Origin: a virus
Taxonomy: Duplodnaviria > Caudoviricetes
Length of the DNA: 64,000 nucleotides
IMG/VR virus record: IMGVR_UViG_3300005805_000070
Location: 1-64,000 of that record
Strand: one strand, 5' to 3'
The notes beneath the pieces were generated by a model. That model had not been told where the DNA came from and ran no database searches. It was given only the letters and a program-made list of their open reading frames with translations. Made by a program: the position numbers and the translations under genes. Shown here one piece after another: positions 1 through 8,117 of the stretch (position 1 is its first letter; each line of letters starts with the position of its first letter).

Positions 1-117
1 ATACAATGCAGGCACATCTGCACCCACAATTTCACTCACTTCGTCCCAATCATCATGAAACTCAATGAGTGCCAGGAGTGCATCCAGTTCCTCAAAAGTG
101 AGAGAAGTTAGAGTCAT
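1..117 (-). CDS. small hypothetical early protein (runs off the window end; MTLTSLTFEELDALLALIEFHDD...)
   Basis: Hand-translated open frame from ATG at 117, directly after the upstream ORF. Confidence 0.65.
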   Translation of the reverse strand, partial: MTLTSLTFEELDALLALIEFHDDWDEVSEIVGADVPALY

Positions 118-119
118 AA

Positions 120-248
120 TCAGTAGTCGTAGTTTCCGTTCAGGTACTCATTGACATCGAACTTTTCTTCATCACGAAGTTCGGGAATGTCAAGGTCAAA
201 AATCTCACCAGGAGCGTCTTGAATCTCCTGCCAGAGTTCATCAAACAT
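120..248 (-). CDS. 42-aa acidic early protein (MFDELWQEIQDAPGEIFDLDIPELRDEEKFDVNEYLNGNYDY)
   Basis: Hand-translated; directly downstream of the promoter at 275-333, with a GAGGA SD. Confidence 0.75.
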   Translation of the reverse strand: MFDELWQEIQDAPGEIFDLDIPELRDEEKFDVNEYLNGNYDY

Positions 249-274
249 GGTGGTTTCCTCAGGTGAACGAATGT

Positions 275-333
275 AATTTATCAGGGGGCGGAGCATCACG
301 CAACCGCCCTTGTGCCAGTTCTCAGAGTGTCAC
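275..333 (-). promoter_or_regulatory. early promoter: dyad 312-333, 8 nt, TTGCGT, N17, TAAATT
   Basis: -35 at 298-303, -10 at 275-280, upstream dyad GTGACACtctgagaACTGGCAC. Confidence 0.8.
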
Positions 334-497
334 AGATTAATGACACCTTCCTCTAGAAGTTGGTGCAGAACACGACCATAATGCCCCTGCAACCATTGGT
401 ATGCTTTGGTGTCCCAGATCTGCTGGAACAGTGTCACGAACTCATCATAAGTTACGTCACCTTCCTCATAACGAAACAGCAGGTCGTTGTCAAGCAT
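330..497 (-). CDS. 55-aa hypothetical early protein (MLDNDLLFRYEEGDVTY...)
   Basis: Hand-translated ORF between two promoter modules. Confidence 0.7.
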   Translation of the reverse strand: MLDNDLLFRYEEGDVTYDEFVTLFQQIWDTKAYQWLQGHYGRVLHQLLEEGVINL

Positions 498-535
498 TGG
501 TGCAAATCTCAGGAACGAATGTAGTGTGGCACGAA

Positions 536-805
536 TCAGGAACGTTTGGTGGTTTTACGTGCCACTTTACGAACTGGCACAGTCTCAACAACTGGCGGCA
601 GTTCGTGATTCAAACTAGCGTAAATCTTGCCAGTGAGTGTATTCACGAAGTGTAGAGTTTGTATCACAAACTGGCGAACTTTTTGGTCACCATTGTTTTC
701 TTTGTAGGCACGAACAGCAAACTGTACAATGCCCACAATGATTGCGGCGATGGTAGCAACATTGAAAATCAGAGTTTGAGTAAACTTCGAAGCGAAGAGT
801 TTCAT
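536..805 (-). CDS. small membrane protein with N-terminal TM helix and basic C-terminus
   Basis: ORF track; hydrophobic stretch IFNVATIAAIIVGIVQFAV. Confidence 0.7.
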   Translation of the reverse strand: MKLFASKFTQTLIFNVATIAAIIVGIVQFAVRAYKENNGDQKVRQFVIQTLHFVNTLTGKIYASLNHELPPVVETVPVRKVARKTTKRS

Positions 806-855
806 AACATTAGAGTGTGGGAGGTGAGTGTAGAGAATTCCTCAACCACGAATGA

Positions 856-951
856 AGTATGGCACGAATGCCGCACGAATGCCAGGGGTTTTGTGCCACT
901 TTCACAACTGGCACAGGGGGGCTTGACAAGATCGATATCCGTTGCTAGAAT
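856..951. promoter_or_regulatory. divergent promoter pair sharing one dyad (893-914); plus strand TTGACA-N17-TAGAAT, minus strand TGGCAT-N17-CATACT
   Basis: TTGACA 923-928 and TAGAAT 946-951; each -35 lies exactly 8 nt from the dyad. Confidence 0.75.
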
Positions 952-1076
952 AGGTTTGCTAAGGAAGATAAGAATATTAATTATAATATTCTAGAATATT
1001 ATATAATCTTAAGGGGTAAAGAGTAGATTATATAAAAGCACATCTAGATGGTGTGGGAAGGGGTGAGTGGGGTGAA

Positions 1077-1299
1077 GCACATATTCTTGCACATAAGGCG
1101 GGCTATACGTGCCGCGTATGTGTCGAGAACGTATGCACATATTCTTGCACATGTACATCTCGTAGTATGTGTCGAGTTATGCATCTAGATGTAATGTATC
1201 TCGTATAATGTGTCGAGATATGTGTCTAGATGTAATGTGTATCTCGACGAGATCGAGATGTAATCTCGTCGAGATTGTGTATGATGATCTCGTCGAGAT
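1077..1299. repeat. non-coding repeat array: GCACATATTCTTGCACAT x2, TGTGTCGAG x3, TCTAGATG repeats, ATCTCGWCGAGAT x3
   Basis: Read directly; palindromes at 1241-1253, 1263-1275, 1287-1299. Confidence 0.85.
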
Positions 1300-1779
1300 C
1301 TAGAAGTTCTTCGAGAACACGAACCCATCTTCGAAATCAAAATCATAACGAAGATTGGCATTCCAGGTTGCTTCCCAATCAACTACCACGAACGAAGGTG
1401 CATCGAAACCATACACATCAGTGGTAAACTGTTCGGCAAATTCTGCCTCATCATCATAACGACCCTGATATGCTTCCTCAAAGTACTCCAGCAGCGACTC
1501 ATCATCGTGCAATTCCAGGAAAGCATTTACGGCATCTTTACCATAAGAATCACACAAATTCTGATACACTTCCTGATATTCTTCGGAGATCTCATTGTCA
1601 TCCAGAACATCATTGTTGATCAGACCCTTCACAGTCAACAACTCAGTGTAGAATTCGGTATACTTGAGTTTACCGTCGCGCTCATACCCACAGGCACGAA
1701 CGATTTCAGACATCTTTGCAGGCGGGTTTTGTGCCTGCATTTCGTTAACCTTGTTCAGCAGGTTCGAACCAGTCAGCAT
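1300..1779 (-). CDS. ardA: cyanobacterial AbrB-like N-terminal domain fused to an ArdA-like antirestriction domain
   Basis: N-term LTGSNLLNKV...RACGY; acidic C-term EAYQGRYDDEAEFAEQF...VDWEATW...YDFDFEDGFVF resembles ArdA. Confidence 0.65.
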   Translation of the reverse strand: MLTGSNLLNKVNEMQAQNPPAKMSEIVRACGYERDGKLKYTEFYTELLTVKGLINNDVLDDNEISEEYQEVYQNLCDSYGKDAVNAFLELHDDESLLEYFEEAYQGRYDDEAEFAEQFTTDVYGFDAPSFVVVDWEATWNANLRYDFDFEDGFVFSKNF

Positions 1780-1888
1780 TGGATTCAGAAAGAAAGGTTG
1801 GAAAGGTTGAGGTTTGCCACCAGGCGAATGCCCAGTATACCAGTTGGTGGTGGCGGGGTGGTCTTATTGCCCCCCTCAACCTGAAACT

Positions 1889-1948
1889 AAGATAACAGGG
1901 ATCGATCAGGACCGCAAGGGGGGTCTGTGCCACTTCTCAGACTGGCAC
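1889..1948 (-). promoter_or_regulatory. early promoter: dyad 1927-1948, TTGCGG-N17-TATCTT
   Basis: -35 at 1912-1917, -10 at 1889-1894. Confidence 0.75.
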
Positions 1949-2131
1949 ATACCCGAACTCATCGATCATAATATCCCGCACGTGCTCACGATCGAAACTA
2001 TCACCACAGAAATCAGCACCTGATTGAATGTATTTAAAGGTTGCCTCAATGATATGATCATCAGTGGCACCCATATCATAGATGCCACCAGGACCATAGA
2101 ACGATTTGACATAACGAATGAATTCACTCAT
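1937..2131 (-). CDS. hypothetical early protein
   Basis: ORF track; last codons overlap the dyad. Confidence 0.75.
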   Translation of the reverse strand: MSEFIRYVKSFYGPGGIYDMGATDDHIIEATFKYIQSGADFCGDSFDREHVRDIMIDEFGYVPV

Positions 2132-2340
2132 TTGCCTACCTCAGCGAGCAACAGTTTGTGAATGCGATCTGCTTCTTCTAGGATATCACCATCCAAACGA
2201 TCCCATTCTACCCAATCATAGGCAGATCCTGCAGTTTCGTATGAACCATCAGGCAGCAGCGGAGCATACATCAGAACCCGTTGATTGTTTGCATCCAGAG
2301 TGTAAGTGCAATTGTTGAGTTTCGAAATGGCGAAAATCAT
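2128..2340 (-). CDS. hypothetical early protein
   Basis: ORF track; coupled to the next ORF and downstream of a promoter. Confidence 0.75.
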   Translation of the reverse strand: MIFAISKLNNCTYTLDANNQRVLMYAPLLPDGSYETAGSAYDWVEWDRLDGDILEEADRIHKLLLAEVGK

Positions 2341-2362
2341 CGGAAATCTCAGGAACGAATGT

Positions 2363-2420
2363 AATTTAACCCATCACGTGGCGATCCGCAACCCCCATTG
2401 TGCCAGTTCTCCAATTGGAC
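2363..2420 (-). promoter_or_regulatory. early promoter: dyad 2400-2420, TTGCGG-N17-TAAATT
   Basis: -35 at 2386-2391, -10 at 2363-2368. Confidence 0.8.
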
Positions 2421-2503
2421 TCATTCTCAACAAGACGCATTTATTGAGAATCAATAAGGTCCTTACAGTTGAGAATGAATCCAATCTCCAAACTGGCACA
2501 ATA

Positions 2504-2653
2504 TTAGAAGGGATCGATATCCTTGATGGTAACATCGACTTCCTCATCACCTTCGAGTTGGAGAATCTCTCTCCAATTCAGGTCTTCTAGATCTAGGTCA
2601 TCATAACATACAAGATCTAACGTAACACGTACTTGGCGCTTGAGTGCTAACAT
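2504..2653 (-). CDS. 49-aa acidic protein (MLALKRQVRVTLDLVCYDDLDLEDLNW...)
   Basis: Hand-translated. Confidence 0.65.
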   Translation of the reverse strand: MLALKRQVRVTLDLVCYDDLDLEDLNWREILQLEGDEEVDVTIKDIDPF

Positions 2654-2684
2654 GGTTCGTTATGTGTATGTGTACTAGATTATA

Positions 2685-2834
2685 TCATGCATAATGACGA
2701 TACGCAAGCGATTCATAATCTTGCCCATCACGCGCATAATCCTCATCTAGATCACGTGCATCTAGTGCGTACTCATCGAGATCGTATGTATAATCGTTCG
2801 AGAAAGCGTAATCGAGATCGTAGTCGTCGTACAT
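2685..2834 (-). CDS. 49-aa Asp/Tyr-rich, highly acidic protein (MYDDYDLDY...)
   Basis: ORF track with start trimmed to the second Met; the upstream extension overlaps the palindrome array. Confidence 0.65.
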   Translation of the reverse strand: MYDDYDLDYAFSNDYTYDLDEYALDARDLDEDYARDGQDYESLAYRHYA

Positions 2835-2837
2835 AAG

Positions 2838-3007
2838 CTCGTCGAGATTTGATGGTAGTGATATTATACTATGATTCTCGACGAGATGCAAGTCCTACGA
2901 TGCCCAATCTCGTCGAGATACTATGAGTATATATGTATTCTCGACGAGATTTGTTAAGAAATGCTTATAATTCTCGACGAGATTCTTATATGAGATCTCG
3001 ACGAGAT
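2838..3007. repeat. second array of the (A/T)TCTCGWCGAGAT palindrome, 6 copies
   Basis: Copies at about 2838, 2875, 2907, 2938, 2971 and 2995. Confidence 0.85.
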
Positions 3008-3053
3008 TTTTATGAGATGTGTGGGTCTGGAAATATTTTCGCGCCCCTGTGAC

Positions 3054-3082
3054 TTGACAAACTCCGCGTGTTATGATATGCT
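3054..3082 (+). promoter_or_regulatory. sigma70-like promoter TTGACA-N17-TATGCT upstream of the GIY-YIG-like gene
   Basis: TTGACA 3054-3059, TATGCT 3077-3082; a TATAAAT late-like element also lies at 3269-3275. Confidence 0.65.
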
Positions 3083-3298
3083 CGCTTAGCCCACAAGAAC
3101 CAGAACTATTCTCAACACAATACTCAATTGATTCTCAATTATACAAAACTATTGAGAATGTTATAATTCACACACATATATTATTTTTAACATTAGGTTA
3201 AAAGTACTCAGCTATACAAAACATTCAAAATTTGAAATACCTTGCAATAAATCACTTATACCATACTATATAAATCATTATAACACCATACTATAAAC

Positions 3299-4075
3299 AT
3301 GTCAAGAGGCATCATCTATCTCATTCTCAACAAACAAAATGGGCAGAAATTTGTAGGAAACACCACCTCTGCAATGAATAAAGAATGGGCACATCACATA
3401 GATCGCTCTAAAAGAATGTCATCTGAACCTCTACACAAAGCATTCAGAGACTATGGTGTACACAACTTTATGATGAAAGAACTTGACGAATGTGATTTAT
3501 CAGAAGTTACACAGAAAACAAACTATTGGATAGAGAAATATAAACCTGAATACAATCCTGCTGAAGATATAATCTCAGTTAAAGACATTCCTCAAGTCAA
3601 TGCAGAAAAAACGGAGATTCCAATGCAGGTTTTGCGGAATTCTAAACCAACAAAAAAGAAACCACCATCACCTCACCTTATAAAATGGAATGAGAACAAC
3701 AGAGGTGATGGTAAACACTTTGGTCTTAAGATAAGAGGTAAGAACTTAGAAACTGGTGTATGTACAGACTATGAATCTGCACGTGTTGCAGCAGAACAAG
3801 TCACAGGTAATCCGCGAAACAATTCTAACATTCTACTTGCTGCCAGAACTGGTCGCAAAGCATACGGACACAAGTGGCAGTTGTTAGAAGAGAAAGAAAA
3901 GAAAAAAGCGGTATTTGGTGTGAATAAAAAAACAGAGCAGATTGAAGTTCGTTATGAAAGTATTAACGCTGCCATTCGTGCATTTGAGGGTGCCGATAAG
4001 AACGGAATTCTCAAGAGTCTGAAGAACCCTGGGCGTTATAGTTGGAAGGGTTATTGGTGGTTTTATGTCCGATAA
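3299..4075 (+). CDS. GIY-YIG-fold protein with two C-terminal NUMOD1-like HTH repeats; catalytic residues appear degenerate
   Basis: GIIY...FVG motif, NF and PEYN; repeats YESARVAAEQV and YESINAAIRAF. Confidence 0.8.
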   Translation: MSRGIIYLILNKQNGQKFVGNTTSAMNKEWAHHIDRSKRMSSEPLHKAFRDYGVHNFMMKELDECDLSEVTQKTNYWIEKYKPEYNPAEDIISVKDIPQVNAEKTEIPMQVLRNSKPTKKKPPSPHLIKWNENNRGDGKHFGLKIRGKNLETGVCTDYESARVAAEQVTGNPRNNSNILLAARTGRKAYGHKWQLLEEKEKKKAVFGVNKKTEQIEVRYESINAAIRAFEGADKNGILKSLKNPGRYSWKGYWWFYVR

Positions 4076-4105
4076 GAAAAAAATCGGTCGCGCAAGTCTC
4101 GTATA

Positions 4106-4255
4106 TCAGAACACTGGTAGAATCTCTATCTCCTTGCATCCTTGTGAGATCATGAGTTTTTCCCAGAAGGAAGCATCTTCAATCGTAAGCAAAGTTGCGG
4201 TTTGTTTGGAATATCCTTTCTTCTTTGGTTTCAGGTAAACGACTTGGTACTTCAT
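4106..4255 (-). CDS. 49-aa hypothetical protein (MKYQVVYLKPKKKGYSKQ...)
   Basis: Hand-translated; overlaps the end of 4179..4445. Confidence 0.6.
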   Translation of the reverse strand: MKYQVVYLKPKKKGYSKQTATLLTIEDASFWEKLMISQGCKEIEILPVF

Positions 4256-4445
4256 AGATTTCAATCACAATAGGTGGTTTGTTCCAGTGTCTTATGACCC
4301 CCGCGACAATAAAACAATTAGTGATAAAATAGGTACAGAATAGAAAAGTCCGTATACCAGCCACGTGATCTGATTCTTTGTCATCTTTACTTGCTTTCTC
4401 TCCAAGTGCTTTCGCCCACAATCTCCATGGATTTTTAGTCCTCAT
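4179..4445 (-). CDS. small membrane protein (WRLWAKALGEKAS type)
   Basis: ORF track; one TM segment. Confidence 0.7.
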   Translation of the reverse strand: MRTKNPWRLWAKALGEKASKDDKESDHVAGIRTFLFCTYFITNCFIVAGVIRHWNKPPIVIEIYEVPSRLPETKEERIFQTNRNFAYD

Positions 4446-5862
4446 TGTTTTTGAATCTCAATGAAAACATAACTATCTGGTTCTTGATGATCAATTACAA
4501 ACTCTTGATAGATTGAGTGAGCATCATCAAATTCATCCTGATCAATCAATTGAGACAATCGCTCACAATAGAATGATTCCAGTTCATCAATCGTTTGTTG
4601 GCGTTGAGACAACTTTTCGGGTTTTAACATAGGTCAGTTCTTTCCATTGTTGAGGATAACAAACAACCAAAACTCTTTCATTACGATGAATTGAGCAGTG
4701 TTCGTAGTTTTCTTGATTCTTGGGGCGGACGAGGATTTCAATGGTAATATACCGCTTATCCTTAAAATAAACCCACCCCTCAATATGGTCTTTCCAGATT
4801 ACATAGTCATCAACTTGTGGTTCGTAACTCATACAAATGCAGATATCAGTGGATTAACTTTTAATTGCATTGCAGAATACGGAGTTGTATTCTCAATCTT
4901 TACTTGATCACCGATTGTTTTGGAGTTGATAGGGGCGTGGTAGCATTTGGTTTTGGTGTTGTAGAATCCCCAGATGCTACGAGCAGTCCCACCACTATTG
5001 TAAACAAACCTGTAATGATTATGAATCCAGATTGCAACAACATTGCGTTTAAAGTCAACTTGCTCATAAGAATAACCTTCGGGTGCAGTGTGTGGGAAAT
5101 CCATGAATCAGGTCGTAAATGCTTCCAGAATACCAGATTCGTATTCATCTACTAGTGCAAGTTTCTGTGCATTGACTACACGTTCCATAATTCGATTCTG
5201 ATAACGTTCATCAAACTGTTCTTCCGCTGCCAACAGAGCAAATGCTTCAGTATCGCTTTCTGCAATTAGAGTGACCAATCCACCATACTCAGAAGAAGGA
5301 AAGGGAACCCAATAATCAACCAGATAAATGTATTTCATCAGTAAAACTAAATTACTCCTCGATTTTAGTCGAATGATTTGCGTTTGTCAAGTTAGTGAGT
5401 TGGCGTTCAAGTTCACATTTCATTGGAATCAAATGAGAAACAAAGAACTGTTCATACTCATTGCCAGCGATTAGATTTGAGATGTTATCAATCTGATTTA
5501 ATGCGAAAATGAATTTGGTTTGATCGGTCATCACACAAACTCTGCAATGTAGTAATCGACCGTAATCTCCAGTTCTGCTGCTTTTTGTTCATAAAACAGT
5601 TCGGTATACTGTTTTGCTTCTTCCCACTTTTGATAGGAATCAATTTGCTCTTCAGAGTGCTTCATAAAATCTTGAAATGCTTGAATGAATTGGTGAATGT
5701 CGTCGTTGTTCATTTTGCGTAGCGACAATCGGGATGACCAGTTGGAAGTTCTGCACACGCCTGATCGTAGGCATCAAACAACCTTTGATCACGTTGAATC
5801 AGGAATCCATTCCAAAGAACTCCCAAAAGAAATCCACCAACCAGAATGTAACGCAGTTTCAT
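4442..5862 (-). CDS. run of 7 small coupled hypothetical ORFs (4442-4630, 4587-4832, 4829-5104, 5108-5338, 5352-5534, 5531-5713, 5710-5862)
   Basis: ORF track plus hand translation; several ATGA overlaps; downstream of the promoter at 5897. Confidence 0.7.
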
Positions 5863-5896
5863 TGCTTGAGAGGTTTCTCCTCTTGATTACAAAGTT

Positions 5897-5954
5897 ATTA
5901 TACTGGAAAAACCACCTCAGGAAAGAGGTGGTGTGCCAGTTTCAGAACTGTCAC
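5897..5954 (-). promoter_or_regulatory. early promoter (dyad 5933-5954, TATAAT 5897-5902) overlapping the terminator hairpin ACCACCTC/GAGGTGGT-TTTT
   Basis: Read directly. Confidence 0.75.
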
Positions 5955-6312
5955 CCAGGAACTTGTCCAGAGCATCCAGATCATCCTTTAATTCTTGCTC
6001 TCTCTTTTGATCGTGATAATATCCCCACAGAGCATTATGAACATCCATCAGTTCAGTTACCCAGAAACCAGCAGGATAAACTCCAAGTGCATCTTGCAGT
6101 CCACGATGACTCGTTCCTTCTTGCTCTGCCTTGCACATAATATAGCAGATTGCTTGAAGCATATCCAGTTTCTCAGATTCAGAAAGCATAAAATACTTTC
6201 CGACCGCACGTTGCAGTGCCTCTTCATTTGCCTTTTGCATTTCTTTGAATGATTCAGAGTCCCACCACTCTTGCAGTGCTTTACCAAGTTCGTTAGGTTG
6301 TTTTTCAGTCAT
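5917..6312 (-). CDS. hypothetical protein
   Basis: ORF track, start trimmed to MTEKQ. Confidence 0.7.
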   Translation of the reverse strand: MTEKQPNELGKALQEWWDSESFKEMQKANEEALQRAVGKYFMLSESEKLDMLQAICYIMCKAEQEGTSHRGLQDALGVYPAGFWVTELMDVHNALWGYYHDQKREQELKDDLDALDKFLGDSSETGTPPLS

Positions 6313-6313
6313 T

Positions 6314-6694
6314 TTAATCCCAGGCAACGTTTTGAACCAAGAAACCAGGCATCACATAAGTCCAGGCACCTAGCTCTTGATGTCCACCAACTTTATATTC
6401 CCATTTATACTCAAACTTATTGTGACTGTCCCAAGTCATATATCCTTTCTCTTTATCAAACCGACCTTTAATCGTTAAACCGTGCTTGTTGGAAAAGATA
6501 TTACGAGTCCGAAGTGCTCCACCTTTTTCACGAGTTTCAATCACCACACAGGTATCAGGATAGGTTGCCATACCCTTTTCAATCATACAAGCAGTTTCAT
6601 ATCGAAATGGGCGATATTCTTTTTTAGTTTCGGTCTGTGCGAATGCAGGAGATGCCGAAAGCAACAGAGAAGCAAGAACGATTAGTTTTTTCAT
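6314..6694 (-). CDS. secreted protein with signal peptide (MKKLIVLASLLLSASPAFA)
   Basis: Classical Sec signal with AFA cleavage site. Confidence 0.75.
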   Translation of the reverse strand: MKKLIVLASLLLSASPAFAQTETKKEYRPFRYETACMIEKGMATYPDTCVVIETREKGGALRTRNIFSNKHGLTIKGRFDKEKGYMTWDSHNKFEYKWEYKVGGHQELGAWTYVMPGFLVQNVAWD

Positions 6695-7002
6695 CCGATT
6701 ACACGATAACAAATAGTGGCATTACCCTTTCGGGTTGATTCGATGTGAGCAAATGCAGCGTAAGAAAGATCCAAATCTGCGTGAGAATATGGTCCCCTGT
6801 CGTTAATTCTCACAATCACTTGTTTTCCATTATCTTGGTTTGTTACCCTAATTTTACTACCCATAGGTAGATAAGGATGAGCTGCAGTCCAACGATAAGC
6901 ATCAAACCGTTCACCATTGGCGGTTTTCTGTCCATGAAATCCATCTCCAACTCCGTAGTATGTAGCAATACCACAAGTGAGACCAGCGATTAATCCAATC
7001 AT
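6691..7002 (-). CDS. rlpA: RlpA-family (DPBB) septal lytic transglycosylase-like protein
   Basis: TYYG..FHGQKTANGERFD..TAAHPYLPMGS..RINDRGP...LDLSYAAF signature. Confidence 0.9.
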   Translation of the reverse strand: MIGLIAGLTCGIATYYGVGDGFHGQKTANGERFDAYRWTAAHPYLPMGSKIRVTNQDNGKQVIVRINDRGPYSHADLDLSYAAFAHIESTRKGNATICYRVIG

Positions 7003-8036
7003 ACTCCTTTCAATACAATACGTTCAGAAATACACATTGCAAGTTCAGCGGCAACTTGATCATCAACATTACCAAGTTTATCAGAAATTGCTTCAGGAAT
7101 CAACTCTACCATCAGATCAAAGAAACGTGGATCATCCATAATATAATCGGCAACATCTTTGGAGAGTGCCTCAGAGAGTCTAATGATTGTGTTGTTAGAG
7201 AGTGCCATGATTAAGCGAAATGATTTTTGGAAGAGAGAATTGCTCTACGGGCAGAATATGCCTCAAATTGAGTTTTAAATGATGCAATGGTTTGATTTGT
7301 ATCGGTCCAAACCAAATACCATCGCCCATCAAATTCTCGGATATAAATTTCTTTCATCAGCAAGCACCTGCCATCGGATTTACATTCACTGCCTCAGTGT
7401 TGAAACCAGTGACTTCATAACCAAGTCCAATACGCTCTTCACACTCACGCTCAAAATCGCGCTTGGTGATGCACTTGGTGCTCATCGTATCCACACCTTG
7501 AAACTTCAGCACTTTGTAGATAAACTGAGTGCTGCCTTCGATGGGGAAGTAATCCACAACCATCGTGCCAGTGGTGGAGGTCAGTTGCATTGGGTGTCTC
7601 CCGATTACCTTGTAATTATAGGGCAGAACAACGGCACCGCGTGGCGCCGTGGTCCAGTTTACAAACTGTCCATCTGATCAAACAGAAGGACTTACCTCAA
7701 TCTCTTTAATATTCAGTCCACACAGTTGGTCATAAACACGCTTGCAGATAATATCAGTTGCTTTCTTTGCTTTGGATCTCTCATACCATATAGTTTGTAA
7801 TCCATCAAAAGTTTCAACACGGATGCGATAGTTTTTCATGATCAGAGAAGGCAAAAAGTACCACAGTAGTTACGAGCCCAATTAAGTGCTTCATTCAGAG
7901 GGCGAGGATTAGAAACAACCATCGTGTTTCCCTCAACCTCAGCAACACAAACGTATTCGGGATTCACAACAGACATAGAAGGCACAAGCGTCAGAGTGCC
8001 CTGCTTGCCGTTAGCAGCGTTGTAGTAGAAGACCAT
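6999..8036 (-). CDS. five small hypothetical ORFs (6999-7208, 7211-7357, 7357-7590, 7678-7839, 7842-8036)
   Basis: ORF track plus hand translation. Confidence 0.7.
7615..7671 (-). promoter_or_regulatory. early promoter with variant dyad GGACAGTTtgtaAACTGGAC and TATAAT
   Basis: -10 at 7615-7620, dyad 7651-7671, GC hairpin over the -35 region. Confidence 0.7.
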
Positions 8037-8059
8037 TGGGTTCCCTTGATTACTTTGTA

Positions 8060-8117
8060 ATTATAGGGGAAGAACCGCCTCGCTACGGGTTCTCTGTGCC
8101 AGTTTGCCAGCTGGTAC
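8060..8117 (-). promoter_or_regulatory. early promoter embedded in the 3' end of the MTase gene
   Basis: Dyad 8096-8117; TATAAT 8060-8065 contains the MTase stop codon. Confidence 0.75.

Noticed and set aside
312-333. NtcA or CRP site as the identity of the 22-bp dyad
   Set aside because: Does not match GTA-N8-TAC or TGTGA-N6-TCACA; only the overall length is similar
401-994. Plus-strand ORFs 401..655 and 659..994, and minus-strand 1185..1382
   Set aside because: Overlap better-supported minus-strand genes, promoters or the repeat array; no SD or recognisable composition
1077-3007. Possible CRISPR or mini-array
   Set aside because: Repeats are 13-bp palindromes with irregular, repeat-derived spacers; no constant repeat-spacer period and no cas genes
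2423-3159. Canonical Fur box
   Set aside because: Half-sites are in the ATTCTCAA...TTGAGAAT orientation with a 13-bp gap, not the 7-1-7 arrangement
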